Source: Octopus vulgaris
Taxonomy: Eukaryota
Direction of reading: 5' to 3'
Length of the DNA stretch: 64,000 nt
Assembly (NCBI GenBank): GCA_951406725.2
Contig: OX597814.1
Location: forward strand, 18,786,001 to 18,850,000
Both the position numbers and the translations under genes were made by a program. Position 1 is the stretch's first letter. Every line of letters begins with the position of its first letter. This document shows positions 30,518 through 43,938 of the stretch, one piece after another. The notes under the pieces are model-generated. The model made no database searches. It had not been told where the DNA came from and saw nothing but the letters and a program-made list of their open reading frames with translations.

Positions 30518-30580
30518 ATCCCCTTCTTCAGTCGCTAAAGTTTCATCTACTAAACGTTTCAAAGGATAAAAGCGAGACGT
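30518..30580 (-). ncRNA. Strand-swapped (pseudoknotted) hammerhead candidate, family 2, copy 1
   Basis: ACGU-C-UCGCU-uuu-AUCCUUU-GAA-ACGU-17nt-AGCGA-CUGAAGA-AGGGGAU: intact core, GUC site, all three stems pair. Confidence 0.75.
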
Positions 30581-31349
30581 ATACTTCGAATGAAAAATTC
30601 CTTCCTGCGAAAAGCAAATCAATTAAAATTCTGAGATCTTGTCGCAGAGGGGTAAAAAAAGCAAGACGGTAACGACAGTACAAACATATAAACAGTAAAA
30701 AATATATATATAAACAGTGGAAAAATAAATATATAACAGTGAGAGACAGGACAAGGAGAACAAGATAAGAAGGGCTGTTAACGCCAGACGAAAAAAGTAT
30801 TGCAAACGCTGGATTATAGTGGACGACGAGAGAGGAAGATGTCGACCAGTGGCCTTAGAAGGCAGGTGAGAAAAGACGGGATAGCAGTTACGACGGAAGT
30901 TCGTCGCAGATGGACGACGGGAATGGGGGAGAAGGAGCAAGAGGAAGAGAGAGAAGAAGGGGAATGGTGCGAGGAGACCATGAAGAACAGTAGGGGGAGA
31001 GAGAGAGGAAGAGACAAGTTAAGTGAGGGAAAAAAGACGAGAAAGGGAATGGGAGAGAAAGAAAGAAAGATGCAGAGTCGCGTGAGAGTTAATATCAAGG
31101 CGAACTTGATAAACAGAACAATCTTACTTAATAGGGTGCGTGCGTTTAGTCGTATAATATGTTAATAAAATATATGCATATATATAAACATATATGTACG
31201 TACCTACCTCTACATGTACATATACACGCATATATGTGTACAGGACACCAAAAGGACGTCGAACACATAGAGAGACGAAAAACATAGACACAAACCAAGG
31301 AACAAGACAAGCAAAAAAAGGAGATACAGGACAATAAGCACAACGAAAA

Positions 31350-31412
31350 ATCCCCTTCTTCAGTCGCTAAAGTTTCATCTACTAAACGTTTCAAAGGATA
31401 AAAGCGAGACGT
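31350..31412 (-). ncRNA. Strand-swapped hammerhead candidate, family 2, copy 2
   Basis: Identical to 30518-30580. Confidence 0.75.
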
Positions 31413-32181
31413 ATACTTCGAATGAAAAATTCCTTCCTGCGAAAAGCAAATCAATTAAAATTCTGAGATCTTGTCGCAGAGGGGTAAAAAAAGCAAGACG
31501 GTAACGACAGTACAAACATATAAACAGTAAAAAATATATATATAAACAGTGGAAAAATAAATATATAACAGTGAGAGACAGGACAAGGAGAACAAGATAA
31601 GAAGGGCTGTTAACGCCAGACGAAAAAAGTATTGCAAACGCTGGATTATAGTGGACGACGAGAGAGGAAGATGTCGACCAGTGGCCTTAGAAGGCAGGTG
31701 AGAAAAGACGGGATAGCAGTTACGACGGAAGTTCGTCGCAGATGGACGACGGGAATGGGGGAGAAGGAGCAAGAGGAAGAGAGAGAAGAAGGGGAATGGT
31801 GCGAGGAGACCATGAAGAACAGTAGGGGGAGAGAGAGAGGAAGAGACAAGTTAAGTGAGGGAAAAAAGACGAGAAAGGGAATGGGAGAGAAAGAAAGAAA
31901 GATGCAGAGTCGCGTGAGAGTTAATATCAAGGCGAACTTGATAAACAGAACAATCTTACTTAATAGGGTGCGTGCGTTTAGTCGTATAATATGTTAATAA
32001 AATATATGCATATATATAAACATATATGTACGTACCTACCTCTACATGTACATATACACGCATATATGTGTACAGGACACCAAAAGGACGTCGAACACAT
32101 AGAGAGACGAAAAACATAGACACAAACCAAGGAACAAGACAAGCAAAAAAAGGAGATACAGGACAATAAGCACAACGAAAA

Positions 32182-32244
32182 ATCCCCTTCTTCAGTCGCT
32201 AAAGTTTCATCTACTAAACGTTTCAAAGGATAAAAGCGAGACGT
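32182..32244 (-). ncRNA. Strand-swapped hammerhead candidate, family 2, copy 3
   Basis: Identical to 30518-30580. Confidence 0.75.
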
Positions 32245-32908
32245 ATACTTCGAATGAAAAATTCCTTCCTGCGAAAAGCAAATCAATTAAAATTCTGAGA
32301 TCTTGTCGCAGAGGGGTAAAAAAAGCAAGACGGTAACGACAGTACAAACATATAAACAGTAAAAAATATATATATAAACAGTGGAAAAATAAATATATAA
32401 CAGTGAGAGACAGGACAAGGAGAACAAGATAAGAAGGGCTGTTAACGCCAGACGAAAAAAGTATTGCAAACGCTGGATTATAGTGGACGACGAGAGAGGA
32501 AGATGTCGACCAGTGGCCTTAGAAGGCAGGTGAGAAAAGACGGGATAGCAGTTACGACGGAAGTTCGTCGCAGATGGACGACGGGAATGGGGGAGAAGGA
32601 GCAAGAGGAAGAGAGAGAAGAAGGGGAATGGTGCGAGGAGACCATGAAGAACAGTAGGGGGAGAGAGAGAGGAAGAGACAAGTTAAGTGAGGGAAAAAAG
32701 ACGAGAAAGGGAATGGGAGAGAAAGAAAGAAAGATGCAGAGTCGCGTGAGAGTTAATATCAAGGCGAACTTGATAAACAGAACAATCTTACTTAATAGGG
32801 TGCGTGCGTTTAGTCGTATAATATGTTAATAAAATATATGCATATATATAAACATATATGTACGTACCTACCTCTACATGTACATATACACGCATATATG
32901 TGTACAGG

Positions 32909-33016
<108 letters not shown>

Positions 33017-33041
33017 ATATATATATATATATGTATGTATA

Positions 33042-33106
<65 letters not shown>

Positions 33107-33902
33107 TTGTATGTATGTATGTATGTATGTATATGTGGTTCTATGCAATATTACTGAATGAATGATTAATTACAAGCTTTGGTTGATAGTTTTCCTTTTT
33201 TGTAATTATTTTATTAAGTGAATGTACAATACCGTTATAAAACATACTGCAAGTCTTACAACGGGTAATTAAAACGTAACCGCTCATATAATTGCGTTTC
33301 AGGACTCTACCTCTCTCTCTGGGCCTCCGTCGGTCATGGCTGACCAAGGATAATGTCATCCGTCCGTTGAGTTGTCTATTCAGTTTTTGCAAGCCTCCTG
33401 CAGAATTTACCAGAATTGCAAATAAAGGGCGTGGATGCTCGGAAGAAAACTTGATTTTTCACTTCTTAATACTTTCTAAAAATTTTCGATGTTTCTCGGT
33501 GTATGCCAGTGAAACGATAGTAAATTATAAGCGTCATGTGTTTATCGTATGTATACGCACCAGTGACGTGCATGATTTTGATTTCAATAAAACACCTTCA
33601 AAGCGCGTTGTGTTAAATAACACAATAAATATCCCGACAGCAACGTTTCTCCCTTCTTGAGGATCGTCAGTTATGTATATCCTGTAGTCACGTGCATAAA
33701 TGAAATTTGAAGCACCTAATACATAGTGACTTGTGAATAATATATACAGTGATATTGCGTAAAGCTTGTCAGTCTAAAACAAACTCTGTGTATTCGTTCT
33801 ATACAGGTTTATGATACACGAATGTTTATAATTTAATGCACTTTCGATAGCGGACATAGAATTTTTTGGCCTGACAAGCTTGCCACATTATCAATGAATT
33901 TC

Positions 33903-34033
<131 letters not shown>

Positions 34034-34134
34034 GATCGATCATCTATCAGTCAAGCTACCTATTTACCTCTAGATATCGTATGTATGAGTTGATAAATAT
34101 ATTGATGTACACTGTGTGTGTACACACGCACACG

Positions 34135-34432
34135 TGTTCTTTGTAAGCCTAGTACTTATTCTGTTGGGACACTTGTGTCGAACCGGTAAGTTTCAGGGAC
34201 ATAAACATGGCTAGCATCGGTTGTCAAGCGGTGGTGGGGAATAAACGCAGGGACAAAGACACACACACACATAAATATACGTATACACAACGGGCTTCCT
34301 TCAGTTTCCGTCTACCAAATCCACTCACAAGGCTTTAGTCGGCCCGAAGCTATAATAAAAGACAGTTGCCCAAGGTGCCACGCCGTGGGACTGAACCCAG
34401 AACGATGTCGTTGAGAAGCAAGCTTCTTCCTA
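34135..34432 (-). mobile_element. SINE family A, partial
   Basis: Homology to family A. Confidence 0.8.
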
Positions 34433-35300
34433 CATATACTTTATATATATATATGTACATATACTTTATATATATATATATGTACATGCATATATATATG
34501 TACATATACTTTATATATATATATATGTACATGCATAAATATATATATATGTATATCTATATGTGTGTATATATAGGTATGTATATATATATATGTATGT
34601 ATTTATGTATGTATGTATGCATGTATAGTTGTAGTATAAATATGTATGTATGTATATATTTATATATGCATGTATGCATGCATGTATGTATACGTAGATG
34701 TGTATATTTATGTAATAACACCGAATGTTGTAAGGCAGAATTAAAACAAAGAAAAATGAAATGGAAGGAAACGGACATTCGAAGAAGGAATTGCAAGAAA
34801 GAGAGGAGAAAAATACAAAAGAAAGAAGAAAGGCTATAAAAGAAACTAAGGAAAAGGAGGAAAAAAGAACGAATCCTGGAAAGAAAGAAAGCAAGAAATA
34901 AGGAAAGTAAAAAAAAAAAAAAAAACTTTATATAGAAGAAAATATTTTTTTTAAAAAGGGGAAAATACGAAGGAAGGAAGGAAGGAATAGTTAAGAAATA
35001 TGAAGAAAATTGAGGAAAAGGAGAGAAAGCAATAACTGTGAACGACATTTGGAGATGAAAAACAAAAAGCAAGTAAGAAGGAAATGAAGAAGGTAGCCTG
35101 TATAGGAAACAAGAATGAGGGCAGGCAACGAAGAAGTAAAAGAGCGAGGTATGTGTGTGTGTATGTGTGTGTGTGTGTATCTGTGTGTGTGTCTGTGTGT
35201 ATGTACAAATAGAGATGTAAACAGACTTGTTTAAGGTGAAACATACATCTATAGACGTGTGCTCGCATGCATATGTATACATACATACATACATATATAT

Positions 35301-35381
<81 letters not shown>

Positions 35382-36196
35382 TGTGTGTGTGTGTTTTTAT
35401 ATATACATACACACGCTCACTTATATGCATATTAAATCACTCACACACACACACGCAGACACACATCTGCACTCTCAGACGATATATCAACAAAAACGTA
35501 CACACCAAAATACAAAAATTAAATATAGAAAAAAAATTAAGTACACACTCATACACACACAGATACACACACATAGGCACGCACATACACATGCATACAC
35601 ATACACATGCATGCATATACACACGTACGCAAGCACATGCATAAGCATGCACATACACACGCGCAGAGATGAAACTACAACAAGAACAAAACGATTCGGC
35701 AGCAGTTAAGTTAATATCTGCCGACAAGAGAAGCGTATGCCAGCGCTGGACTTAAGGTTACGGGCTTAAATGATGATGGCGATATATGCATATGAATATT
35801 TATAAGTATTATTTCATATTCCGATAAAGAGATAGTTGTAGTATAAATTATATTGCTTCGCTGCCTCTACTTACCTACCTACATACCTACCATCACACCT
35901 ACCTAAGTCTTAAACCACCACCACCACCACCACCTCCATCATCATCATAACTAAAATGGCCACTGCTTCTATATCAATCGCTACCGCTCACCGCCGTCGT
36001 TGGACGTCGACTGAAGGTTTGCTATCGCTGCTTGTTGTTGTTAGTTGTTTTTGCTGGTGCTGTGATTGCTGCTATGGATGGAGATGCAGCTACTGCTGCT
36101 GTTGTTGCCGCTGATGCTGTGATTGTTGTTGTCGTTATTGTTGATGTTGAAAGTTCAGTTTACCGAAAATTCATATCTCTACCTCCATAGCTCTCC

Positions 36197-36256
<60 letters not shown>

Positions 36257-36810
36257 ACCTAGCTAGCTAGCAGCCAGCTTGCTTCGGCAACGGGTCGAAG
36301 CATCGATATTTCAAACGATATGATGAACAGAACGAGATATACGTTTAATACGAAGCATACGATACGTACACACGTATAATACCACAATCACACGCATAAT
36401 CATACATTAACGTGCACACACACACATACACACACACACACACACACAAATATATATATATATATATACATATATATACATAACTACATAGATGGATGCA
36501 TGAAAGTGCGTGTATTTGTTTGTGTGTGTGTGCGTATGTATAATAGTATATGAACATATATATAGAGAGAGATGTATGTATGTATGTATGTATGTATGTA
36601 TGTATATATGTATGTATGCATGTATGTGTGTAACACCGCATTCGTATGGGACAAGTTACATACATCTACACATATAGGTAGGATATAGGTGGGGCTCTTT
36701 CTTCCTCATTTTTCTTCTATCTCCACCCCAACAACATTCAACATTTCTCATCAGATCATCATAGCTAGCGTATATCTATGAAATCTACTCTTAGCATGTA
36801 TTAATATATA

Positions 36811-36880
<70 letters not shown>

Positions 36881-37040
36881 AGATTGAAAGCCACTCCACA
36901 TTCTTTATTTTCTCTCCTTGTTTCTTTCTGTGTTCCTTTCCCTGGAAGAGCGTAGGCTCGAAACGTTAAAGATTTTTTCAATTCCCGTTTGTTGTCTACA
37001 CCAGCTATTTTCGTCTTTTGTTTTTTTTTAAAACTCCCCT

Positions 37041-37089
<49 letters not shown>

Positions 37090-37094
37090 ATATA

Positions 37095-37192
<98 letters not shown>

Positions 37193-37635
37193 TAGATAGA
37201 TAGATAGATAGATACGTAGATAGATAGACAGATAGACAGATAGATAGATAGATAGATAGACAGACAGAATCGAGGAGAAAGAAAAAGATAAATTAAGTCT
37301 TACGTGTGTATATACGCGCATAAGAACATTATTAGATATCTGTACAGTTGACCATGTTTTCTCCTTACTATTTAAAGTAATCGCAATTTCAAGAGCACAC
37401 ACATAGTCCATTTCGTTATAGATATGTATTGCGAGCAAAGAAGAACGCACCGACCTGTGCACTGGCAGCGATTGTAAACTGCAAGACATGATATTGTCAC
37501 TAGTGCGCCCTCCATGTTTGAATTGGGTCCGGTGTATTTAATGGAATCGTTCTTTATTTGCTCGACTCTAAGAGGATGAAATGTAGAGGTGACTTGTGCG
37601 AAATTTATATGTATGTATATGATTACTTATACATA

Positions 37636-38032
37636 TCTTTATATATAAAAGTGAAGTTGTGTGTCTGTCTCCTACGATTTAGATTCCTAACTACTCCCAC
37701 ATTTTGCGGTGCAGTTTAACCAAAACCGGGTAACTTATAGTCGTGATTCATATCGAGCCCTTCTGGGTATTAGCGCGCGTCTACGATGAGTCTACGATTT
37801 AAAAAAAATTTACCATCATTTTTTTCCATTTTAATGCATTTTTTCGCTATTATATAAGGGAAATAACTCTCTAAAAATGTCTACGATGAGTCAACGATTT
37901 AAAAAAAAATTACCATAATTTTTTTTCCATTTTTAATGCATTTTTTTTGCTATTTTTTGGCTATAACTCTCTAAAAATGCTTATATAGTTATTTCCCTTA
38001 CAAACCCGAGCAACGCCGGGCGATACTGCTAG
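37636..38032 (+). mobile_element. Non-autonomous Helitron
   Basis: 5' TC after A, 3' CTAG before T, subterminal GC-rich hairpin-like cccgagcaacgccggg; internal ~100-bp tandem duplication (gtctacgatgagtc...). Confidence 0.85.
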
Positions 38033-38929
38033 TTTACAATAAATTCGATTCGTACCTACGCATTTCGAGACTCAACGACACTGCGCAGAACTAAAGGCGT
38101 TTATTTCAGGTTACAGTCTCAAATTAATCAAAACCTTGTCAGCGGAGTTCAGTTATACTGTGACTGTGCATAATCTATTAATTTTAATGGGATAAGGGAA
38201 TCGGAAAGACTGGTTTTTCTGTTAGAAAGTCGATTGGTAAACTACTAGCGCCTTATCACTATTTTCTGGCTCCCTAACAAGTGTATCTGTTCAAGAGGGT
38301 TACGAGTTAGTGGCGACAGCTTACCACAAAACTAAGACAAGTTCGGCTGGTCCTTTTATTTTCTGTTGATGGAGGCAGTATATACAGAGTCAATAGTTTA
38401 CACCACTCTATATTTACAATATACGTTAAATTATGTAGATATTCGCCTTACATTGGAAAGAATTCTCTGCGAATGCAGTAGGTATTTCTTATATTTGTTC
38501 TGCACATGTAATAGACGTCGACATGGCTCGTTTTTTCAACCGTGTGATTTCGTCGGCTTTGCGCATGGCTTTGCATGTGAGAGCCAGTTAAAATTTTTCT
38601 TCAGCTCAAGTAGCCCATCCCGTTCAAAAGGCCCCTAAATAAGGTTTGTTGAAGAACGAAACACCCGTGTTTCCAGAGGTGAGTTATTCACACCCCCAAA
38701 GAATTCCTCTCAACACATGGCTATGATGCTCCCCCCTTACTTCTGCTCGTGATCAGAGATGCACATATCGGTAGCCACCAAGGGACATGCTCAACTGGTT
38801 AAGGTTAAACAACTGCCAAGCAAATCTGTGGTATTGAGCAAATTTGTTTTATTATTATTATTATTGTTGTTATTATTATTATTATTATTATCATTATTAT
38901 TATTATAGTTATTATTATTATTATTATCA

Positions 38930-39143
38930 TTCAGTAGTTTTATTTTTATAGCGTGCTTTCACTTCACTACCGAGCGCAGCTCTGTGTGCCTTGGGTATGT
39001 GCTGTGATTTGTTGTGATGCTCTGATTGTTATGGTATGGAAAGTGTTCTGCGTAGGATACAATAACCATCAGAGCATCACAACAAATCACAGCACATACC
39101 CAAGGCACACAGAGCTGCGCTCGGTAGTGAAGAGAAAGCACGC

Positions 39144-39146
<3 letters not shown>
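38930..39146 (-). mobile_element. Very short 3' end of an R4/Dong-like retrotransposon with an inverted copy of its 3' UTR, within (TAA)n
   Basis: Minus strand reads ILRRTLSIP* (compare VLRRALSM* at 8210), then a 3' UTR into (TAA)n; 38948-39038 is the reverse complement of ~39057-39146. Confidence 0.7.
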
Positions 39147-39203
<57 letters not shown>

Positions 39204-39650
39204 CATCCTCATCATTATTAAGCATCTGTTATGATTCCAATGCACACAATCTCAAACTACATCACGTACCAAAGACGTATCACTGAAGAAAGTATGTATG
39301 CATGAGGGTGTAAGTATGTATGTGTGTATGGCTGTTTATGTAAACGTGCGTGTGTGTGTTTTGCATGTATGTATGTAAATATATGTGAGCGGTGGTATGC
39401 ATATATGCGCGTACGCGTCAACTGCATATTTTTATGTGGATTTTTTTTTTAATTGAGTAAATGAGTATCAACCATGATTGACAACCAGTGCGTTTCCGAC
39501 CATGGCGGTATAGAAGAAGCCGTATCTCCCGCATGGACCTTGATATATTGTCGCATGTAAGTGCTTGCATGTGGAACACCAACAGCGTTCGTGATGTATT
39601 GCTACTTACGCAAAACTGCAGTTCCCTCAATGCCGTCATGATCCTAATAA

Positions 39651-39886
39651 AGGAGCGGCGAGCTGGCAGACACGTTAGCACGCCGGGCGAAATGCTTAGC
39701 GGTATTTCGTCTGCGTTACGTTGTGAGTTCAAATTCCGCCGAGGTCGACTTTGCCTTTCATCCTTTCGGGGTCGATAAATTAAGTACCAGTTACGCACTG
39801 GGGTCGATGTAATCGACTTAATACCTATGTCTGTCCTTGTTTGTTCCCTCTGTGTTTAGCTCCTTGTGGGTAATAAAGAAATAGGT
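39651..39886 (+). mobile_element. SINE family B, full length
   Basis: Homology to 19261-19494. Confidence 0.9.
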
Positions 39887-39990
39887 ACGTCTCTATGAAA
39901 CATTCGTTTATGATCCAAAGACCAGTTAAAGAAGCCGAGAAATGTTACAGAGTATTGATAAAAAAGTTAAAAGGAAAGAAAGAAATGTGA

Positions 39991-40084
<94 letters not shown>

Positions 40085-40475
40085 GAATTTTTTCCTACTC
40101 GTAAAACTACATCGTATCCAGTCGTTCAAATAACTCGTTATTGAAATCACTAAAACGTCCATCATGCGTGATTGTTAGGAAATTCATCGAACATTTGAAC
40201 CTTTATTATTGTTTATTGTTTATTTAGATATTGGAATCTGTATGAACAATTGATTTAAAAAAAATTTTTTTTCATATTTTCATTCGTATCTCTAATCTCT
40301 TCTAAACATTCATACATTATTTTTTAAAAAGTGTTAATACTGTTATGGAATGTTGATAAATTTGTCAAATATATTTTAAACAAGAATGCATTTTAGAACT
40401 CAGGTACATTTTGAACGCCCCGCGCCAAACGAACTCTCTTCTTTTCTTTCCTGCGAGATAAACCTCTTTTCTTCA

Positions 40476-40516
<41 letters not shown>

Positions 40517-40844
40517 CATATAATTATTTCGTTTTGGGAATTGGTTTGCAAAATTATTTATGAGTTGCATAGATATATATATGTACACATATATAAGTAC
40601 ACGCAGGTGCGCACACACACACACACGCGCACACACACACATACACACACACGCAAGCACATACACACACACATACGAATATGCATACATGTATGTTTAC
40701 ATATTTCTTAGATGCCATGCAATCTTGATGTAATAACTTCAGCGAAGATTTCTGAGGTACATTATTTCTTCATGAGAAATATATATATATACACATATAT
40801 ATATGTGTGTGCGTGTGTGCGTCTGTGTGTGTGTGTGTATATTC

Positions 40845-41035
40845 TTTTTATCCTTTTACTTGTTTCAGTGATTTGTCTGCGGCCATGCTGGGGCACAGCC
40901 TTCAAAGCTATTTAGTCGAACAAGTCAACTCCAGGACATTTTTTCCTCAGCGTAATACCTAGTATATTGGTCTCTTTTGCCAAACGTAGACTCAACAACA
41001 CCAGTTGTCAAGCGGTGATGGAAGCACAAACACAC
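40845..41035 (-). mobile_element. SINE family A, 3' fragment
   Basis: Homology to family A tail. Confidence 0.7.
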
Positions 41036-41053
41036 ACACACATTTGTATATAC

Positions 41054-41163
<110 letters not shown>

Positions 41164-41255
41164 CATATATATCTATATATATATATACACATATACACAT
41201 ATACATGCGTGTGTGCGTGTATGTGTGTATGTGTGCGTGTGTGTGTACATATATA

Positions 41256-41307
<52 letters not shown>

Positions 41308-41499
41308 CACACACACGCACATACACATAGGTGAGCACAAGTGCAAAGCAAAGCGAAAAAAGTTGTACTCGACTACCAAAGGTAGAGTAATATGCGTTTT
41401 ATTAAAGCTGCGTAATTATCTCAGGACTGTCACTCAGAGTTTCACGTACCTGGTCGTGTGACACTTGTGATAATCTCTCTAGGGCAGCTAACATTCCCT

Positions 41500-41860
41500 A
41501 GATCCATGGTCTTGTTCTCTTCAGAGATCTTTGCCCCTCATCATCACTACTATGTCCCGTGAATCCCAGAGACCAATGTCTGTCCTTAGGGTATCAACAT
41601 ATGTCATACTTGGTCTCCCTCTTATAGTGTGTCCGTGTAGGGACTCCTTCAGGAGTACTGAGTGCAATATCAACTCTGAATAACGTCCAGCTAATCTCAG
41701 TCTCCTATGTGTTATTTTCGAGCTAACTATTGGGAGGGTCTTGTACAGCTCTGATTTCTTTACCCTTTACCCTCAGCGTATACTGATTAAGGTTCAGAGC
41801 CATGCTCAACATTCTCGTGTAATACCCAGCCATCATTTGAGTGAATTTCTTGGTCAGCTG
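41500..41860 (-). mobile_element. RTE-like LINE C-terminal fragment, decayed
   Basis: Minus strand peptides LTKKFTQMMAGYYTRMLSMALN, SKITHRRLRLAGR, RGRPSMTYVDTLRTDIG, typical of the RTE post-RT region. Confidence 0.65.
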
Positions 41861-41904
41861 TAATAAAAACGGAATTAAAATCATGAAGTTATATATTTTT
41901 TTTT

Positions 41905-42185
41905 TTGTACTTGTTTCAGTCATTTGACTGCGGCCATGCTGGAGGAGCACCGCCTTTAGTCGAGTAAATCGACCCCCGGGACTTATTTTTTTGTAAGCCC
42001 AGTACTTATTCCATCGGTCTCTTTTTGCCGAACCGCTAAGTGACGGGGACGTAAACACACCAGCATCGGTTGTCAATCAATGCTAGGGGGACAAACACAG
42101 ACACACAAACAAACACAAACATAAATATATACATATATGCGACAGGCTTCTTTCAGTTTTCGTCTACCAAATTCACTCACAAGGC
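41905..42185 (-). mobile_element. SINE family A, 5'-truncated
   Basis: Homology to family A. Confidence 0.85.
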
Positions 42186-42193
42186 ATTATATA

Positions 42194-43110
42194 TATAAGA
42201 ATTTTTTGTGCGTAATGAGATTAAAAAAACCCAACGCTGTGTAAATTTATAGATAGAAGGTCTTACAGCTGTTTCCAGGATATTTATTAATTATATCCCT
42301 TCATCGGAGACGATGAGAGTGAGAGAGGGTGATTAAGTAATAATTAAATTAGATGGAATACAAAATAGAGAGTGAGGTGGAGAAAAGAAAATAGATGTAG
42401 GGATATTGAATTTGTAGATCCATTTTTTAGGCAGAATGGTATATATGTAAGTTATTTCTTTTATTTGTTCCAGTCATTTGACTATGGCCATGCTGGAACA
42501 CCGCCTTTAGTTGAGCAAATCGACCCCAGGACTTATTCTTTGTAAGCCTAGTACTTATTCTATCGGTCTCTTTTGCCGAACCACTAAGTTACGGGGGACG
42601 TAAATACACCGGCATCGGTTGTCAAGTGATGTTGTGGGGACAAACACAGACACATATACACACACGAGCTTCTTTCAGTTTCCGTCTACCAAATCCACTC
42701 ACAAGGCTTTGGTCAGCCTGAGGCTATAGTAGAAGACACTTGCCCAAGGTGCCACGCAGTGGGACTGAACCCAGAACCATGTGGTTCATAAGCAAGCTAC
42801 TTACCACACAGCCACTCCTGCGCCTTATATGTAAGATATATTTAAGATTCCAATATTCTGCCTAAAAAAAATGTATCTACAAATTCAATATTCCTACATA
42901 TTTCACATCTATTTTCTTTCCTCTACATCACTCTCTATTTTGTATCACATCTAAACTAACTATGACTTAACCATCCTCTCACACCGTCTCCGATGAAGGG
43001 ATATAATTAATAAATATCGCGGAAACAGCTGTAAGACCTTGTATCTATAAATGTTCTAATATCTACACAGCCTTGGTTTTTTTTATCTCATTACGCAAAA
43101 ACTTCTTATA
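42194..43110. repeat. Penelope-like inverted repeat (~245-bp arms) with hammerhead-like motifs at 42260-42311 (-) and 42986-43037 (+)
   Basis: Arms are reverse complements; GUCU-CCGAUGA-AGGGAUA..UAUC-GAA-ACAGCUGU-A-AGAC. Confidence 0.8.
42452..42825 (-). mobile_element. SINE family A, full length, with 10-bp TSD, inserted in the inverted-repeat spacer
   Basis: TSD tatatgtaag at 42442-42451 and 42826-42835. Confidence 0.9.
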
Positions 43111-43251
43111 TGCACACGCTGACACTGAACCAACGTTGAACCCCTTATTCGCAAAATCACAGAACCTAAAATTTAACTATGGTCCGTCTATAGCACTTAT
43201 TCAGCATTACCTGACACCTTTGGGTCTTAATGACACCATTACCGCTTATAA

Positions 43252-43285
<34 letters not shown>

Positions 43286-43517
43286 GTATGTATGTATGTA
43301 TGCATGTATGTATGTATGTATGTATATATATATGTGTTGATGTGTGTGTGTGTATGTATGTATATGTATATATACACCTACAGTTTAAGGAATAACATTA
43401 CCCACAATTGTAATAAGCAGTTTTAGCTAATGATGGGCATGGAGAATATACGTCTGTCATGTCACCATCATAATCATCATCATCATTATCATCGCCATCA
43501 ACATCAACATCATCATT

Positions 43518-43559
<42 letters not shown>

Positions 43560-43938
43560 GTCAACAACAACAACAACATCAACAGTAACTTCTACAGAAA
43601 ATAAGCATCATTTTTGCATATTACATTTTCATGCTGACATGGGTTGAGCAAGAATTTTTGAGGCAGTCTTTTACGACCGGATTCTTTTTTCTTGACACCA
43701 AGCAACTTGTACATGTCTTCCGACATTTAGAATTTTGAACATACCGATGCGAAAAAAAAAAATGTACTCAAGACAAGAATTCAAATGTTTTATGTAATGT
43801 TGAAGATTCCGTTGTTTGTATGCTGTAGTGTATGTATGTATCTTTTTTCACTGTCCATCTATCTATCTATTTCTCCCTCTCTCCCTCCCCCCTCTCATTT
43901 TCTCACTTTCTCTCTCTCTTTATATATAGTATATGTGT

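Noticed and set aside
30518-30567. Reading the family 2 motif as an ordinary type II hammerhead with minimal helix III (GAAACGUU)
   Set aside because: The bases after that site cannot pair with AGCGA to form helix I, whereas the upstream GUC-UCGCU does; families 1 and 3 have non-palindromic helix III partners upstream
30623-32829. Repeated 94-121-aa ORFs in the 832-bp units
   Set aside because: Low-complexity purine/pyrimidine tracts with no domain motifs; they recur only because the unit is repeated
33290-33430. Possible coding exon in a unique-looking stretch
   Set aside because: Splice-like sites exist on both strands but there is no recognisable peptide, so it cannot be supported
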